DNA of 55,468 nt, filler included, from Sluysia triapertura (lineage: Eukaryota), in assembly GCA_046118255.1 (NCBI GenBank). It is 4 parts of 4 records of this genome, joined end to end, with 100 filler letters (N's around TTAATTAATTAA, not from the genome) between each part and the next. Parts side by side here need not be neighbours in the genome. Positions count along the whole stretch, not along the records: positions 44,361 to 55,468 come from JBJNIA010188765.1; 3 more parts are not named here. One strand, given 5' to 3'. A program made the translations under genes and the position numbers. How positions within the stretch are numbered: position 1 is the first letter of the stretch; each line of letters begins with the position of its first letter. The notes under the pieces are model-generated. The model was not told the DNA's origin and made no database searches. It saw only the letters and a list, made by a program, of their open reading frames with translations. Below, one piece after another: positions 51,560 through 55,468 of the stretch.

Positions 51560-53710
51560 TCAATTGAATTGCTTTAATTATAAATTGCATTTATATACAT
51601 TCATTTATATTTTACTATTTAAAGCATAGCATTGATTTTTTTATTATTTTTGGAATTAAAAATTAAATAAAGGATTTAAATGCTTTAATGATGTTTTAAA
51701 ATTAAACGCAAAACTACAACTGTACACGTGGTAATAGAACCATTTATAGTAATTTGGGCAAAGTTATATTTAAATATTGCTAATAATTTTTATAGCATTC
51801 TGATACTATGTTTTTGTTCAATAGTTAATCGCAATAAAAATAAATTTTCATGAAATATATTTGTGGGAGCCAACTCATTACATCTGGTTTTATTATGAAA
51901 TCAGCACATAATATAATTAACAAAATTCCTAAGTTAAATCACATTCCCTAGTCATTAATCATTACAATTTATGCCTCACAACCATTAAGATCAATTAATT
52001 CACAACTTTATTCAATAAAACATATTAACTTGAGTGTCACATTAAATAAATTCATTTTACAAATCATATTGTAAATACAGTATTTGTATATATTTGTATT
52101 ATTTGTGAATATTATATAGTAAATACAATATACAAATTTTTTATATAATTGTGAATATTACTAAATATTAATTAGAAAACATAAAATCTACAAAAAATTA
52201 TACACATTTGTAATTATTATTTGTGAATTAAAAATACAAAAAATTTTAAATTTGGAATGTTTACCGAAGTTTATGTCGAAAAATGTCAATTATAAATACA
52301 ATTTTTGGATTTTAATCTAAAACTTCTTTATTTTCCGGTAAATAATTGAAATAATTTTATTAGTCATTGGAATAAGCTTATAAAAGGTAGTAAACTTTAT
52401 CCGCAGAAGTTAATCATTAGTTTAGTTGAATAAAAAATTTTTAATTTGGTTTCTAGGCGTTTGGAAAGTTGGTTCTTTGATAATTGGAAAATTTGATTAA
52501 TTCTTGGAAATTCGTTGGACAGACTTCTAAGGAATTTGCTGTTATCGATTACAAGAAGAAATATAAATCTTTATTTTTGGGAAAAACTCATAAGTAAGCT
52601 TATTCCTGGTAGGTTTAAACAAATATTTTGTCTCAATATATTACTTAAAATTTATTCATCTATTACACTCAAGGATTATCTTTGGGTTAAATTTGAATTC
52701 AAAATATCATTATAGTTGAATATTTGTATAATATAACCTTTTATTTATTTTATATTTATAAAATAAATATTTATTTTATATTTATTTTATATTTATATTT
52801 ATTTCATATTTATGTTTTGTTCAATTTATTCTTTTGTTGTTATATAATAAACTTTTATTTGTTAAAGGATTTATCGTTTAAAATTTCTGAATCAAAAGTT
52901 AGAGAATTTAATTAGTATAAACAACCTTGACAGAATTTAGAATCAACTTCATTAAAATTTTCAAAAAAGTGTAAGAATCTTTTCATACTGTGATTTTCTT
53001 AAATATATTGACCCTCTTTAAGCTCTTTCATCAAATCCTACGTACGCGTCCTTTTTTAAGATAAACCGCAGCACGTAGACGAACCCATTCTTTTTTATTT
53101 GTTCATAATTGTTTAGCTGAGAAAGCGAACATAAGCATTAAAGTGAAATATCAAATCTTTCTAGTTTGAGGACCTAGAATTAGCGATCTGTTTTGTATTA
53201 AGTATATTTTGTATTAATTCAGGTGCGAAGATTTAAGTTGTGTCACCACTGGCTTTTAATTTGTTTTTAAAGAGTAATTTACGTTGTTGTGGAGAGTAAT
53301 TTGCAATTTTGTTATAAAGAATAATTTGTATTTTGTTATAAAGAGTACTTTGTATTGTCGTTGTCATAAAGAATAATTGTTACCTTTTAAATTGTAATTT
53401 TTGACTATTTAAAGAATATATTGAGATTCTGAAGTTGTTTAGTTATTGGGTTTTGATTAATAATTTGTAAAAATAGAAAGTATAAAAGACACAACATTCA
53501 AATAATAACCATATAAAAACCAAATGATAAAAGTTGTAGTTAGCATTAATTCATGGATGATCATTTTAAACGTAATTTTGAAGGTACTTTAAGTTCTACT
53601 ATTTTTAAGTAAGTATCAATTTTTTTAAATATGCCTCTTAGGCAATAAATTAATATTAATTTTATTTTATTTTCAAGTACGGTAACCTCAACAATAACAG
53701 CAGCAATATT

Positions 53711-53714
53711 AGTG

Positions 53715-53754
<40 letters not shown>

Positions 53755-53786
53755 CAGTAGCAGTAGTAGTAGTAGTAGTAGTAGTA
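53711..53786. repeat. (GTA)n microsatellite
   Basis: Directly visible. Confidence 0.95.
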
Positions 53787-54016
53787 AATTGTGTTATCAT
53801 TCTGCATGAATAAAATTTCTATAAGTTTTGGATCTCAGTATTTTATCTATTATTTTACTTTCACCAGAGATTTTTGGAGAAGATAATTATTTCCAACATT
53901 TTACAACAATGTTTTATACTCTTATATTTATACACTTTTGATTAATAATTTCATAGTATCCTTGAAAACTCTTGAATTTTATCAAAAAAATGTTCTTTTG
54001 CCTAATAATTTGGTCA
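53781..54016 (+). mobile_element. 3' fragment of the Tc1 element family at 29302-29840
   Basis: Collinear with 29606-29834, ending in the TIR remnant CTAATAATTTGGTCA. Confidence 0.88.
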
Positions 54017-55468
54017 TGATTAGAATCAAGTACGTGTCGAGAGAAACCTGAATGAATTCCACTGTTTATATTATTGTTATAATAACAATGTTTTATAACT
54101 TATTATAAATGTAATAATGTAATGTTTCATATTTACATCAAATTCATTATTGATTTATACAATTTTTAGTAGATGTTTGAATAATATTGATATAAAATCT
54201 AAGTTGAGGGATTAACAAGATGCGGAGCTGATACAGACTAAAATCATAAAAAAATCATAGTGGATAAGCACTCTCGATAAAGTAATAAAATATAAAAGAA
54301 AAGTGAAAAAGAATAAGCACGCATACAAAAGTGCAAAAATATAAACATAATTACATACAGACATGCAAACAAACAAAAGGAAAGTTAAAATAAAAAAGTT
54401 GTAATAATAATAAAATTATAATGATAACAATAGTAAAAGTGAAGTTTAAGTTGAATTGTTACATAGTTTAACGTGGAGTTACGATGATATAAGATTACCA
54501 TGAAAGTTATTATTGTGATAGAAGTTACGATAACAATAAATATAATTATATACAATGACTATGTTTGTGTTTTGAATGACTCGAGTAATTTATTTAGTGT
54601 TTTCTTTATGTGGGAAATGTTCATATTGTAAAGGTGTATAAAATTTTATTTTTGTCTTTGTAATTTTATGAAAAATAATTATAAAAAAATAAAAATTATT
54701 GTTAAAATTTATATTATTTAAAAAATTATTAATTTAATTATAGTAAAATTAAAATTATTATTATTATTACAATTTAAAAAACACATAAAAAGAAACTTCT
54801 AGAAAGAAGTTTGTTTAATTAAAATAAAAGTATTTAAAATGTCTTTACTGGTATATAAAGACGTGTAAATAAAGAAGACGCCATAATTGAAAAACTACAA
54901 AGAAATTATTCGTCAATACTCCGCCATTTTCTAATTATTCAATCGGGTTTGCGGTAGAAATATTACAATTCCATCAGCATTGGCAGAAATCAGCAATTTA
55001 ACATCTCTTCATCAGATTCTTCTCGAGTGTTTCAACAAATTTCCAAATATTCACTTAAATTAGTTATATCATGTCCCGCGTCTACGATTAGAGGGAACGA
55101 TTTTTCATCTTCCAGAACACAATTCATTCGAAAGGAAAAATAATTAGCTATCATCAACGTTTATTATTGATTAATCGTAAGTTTGATTTATATAAGTTGC
55201 TAATCTCACATAGAGTTATAAAATATGCGTAAAATACTATTTTTTGCGGTTGGTCATTAAGGCCAATCATAAAATCACATTAAAATATAAAATCTTAGAC
55301 CTTTAGTTTGCCCTTAAGGTCAATTAAAAAATAGATATCGTAGGGTAGAATCTTCCGGCTAGAACCTTATTACAATTTAAATATTATCGTTATTATAATT
55401 TTTATCTTATTTGATCTTATTTAATCAGCATAACTGTTTATCGTATTAATTTGCAGTAATTGTATTTT

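Noticed and set aside
52455-52595. GIY-YIG-like FVGQTSK peptide or possible exon
   Set aside because: Single short motif without the downstream Arg/EH or upstream GIY/CxxC.

Overview
Very AT-rich eukaryotic genomic DNA with long (ATT/AAT)n tracts. The composition and transposon spectrum suggest a planarian-type flatworm, which is an inference. The window has five segments. Three of the four gaps are an artificial 100-bp spacer (44 N + TTAATTAATTAA + 44 N), so linkage across them is unproven. Only one clear host coding piece is visible: an internal ornithine decarboxylase-family exon (6330-6562). A probable CCCH zinc-finger pseudogene is also present. Most other recognisable sequence is decayed mobile DNA: hAT/Charlie, piggyBac, Tc1, rosa/DD41D-type, mariner, Tc2/pogo, L2 and RLE-type LINEs, a possible Penelope, and LTR pieces. 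The most notable region is 38.3-52 kb. It holds the 5' part of a large Ty3/Gypsy element with a multi-kb LTR-like block, a tRNA-Met-like PBS, gag and a long acidic extension. Across a spacer lie a decayed chuvirus-like (gB-like) envelope glycoprotein gene, duplicated promoter-like modules and an intact 272-aa orphan ORF. A diverged inverted copy of the LTR 3' end at the window start shares a conserved, structured ~51-nt core. All family assignments come from motif recognition by eye; no searches were run.
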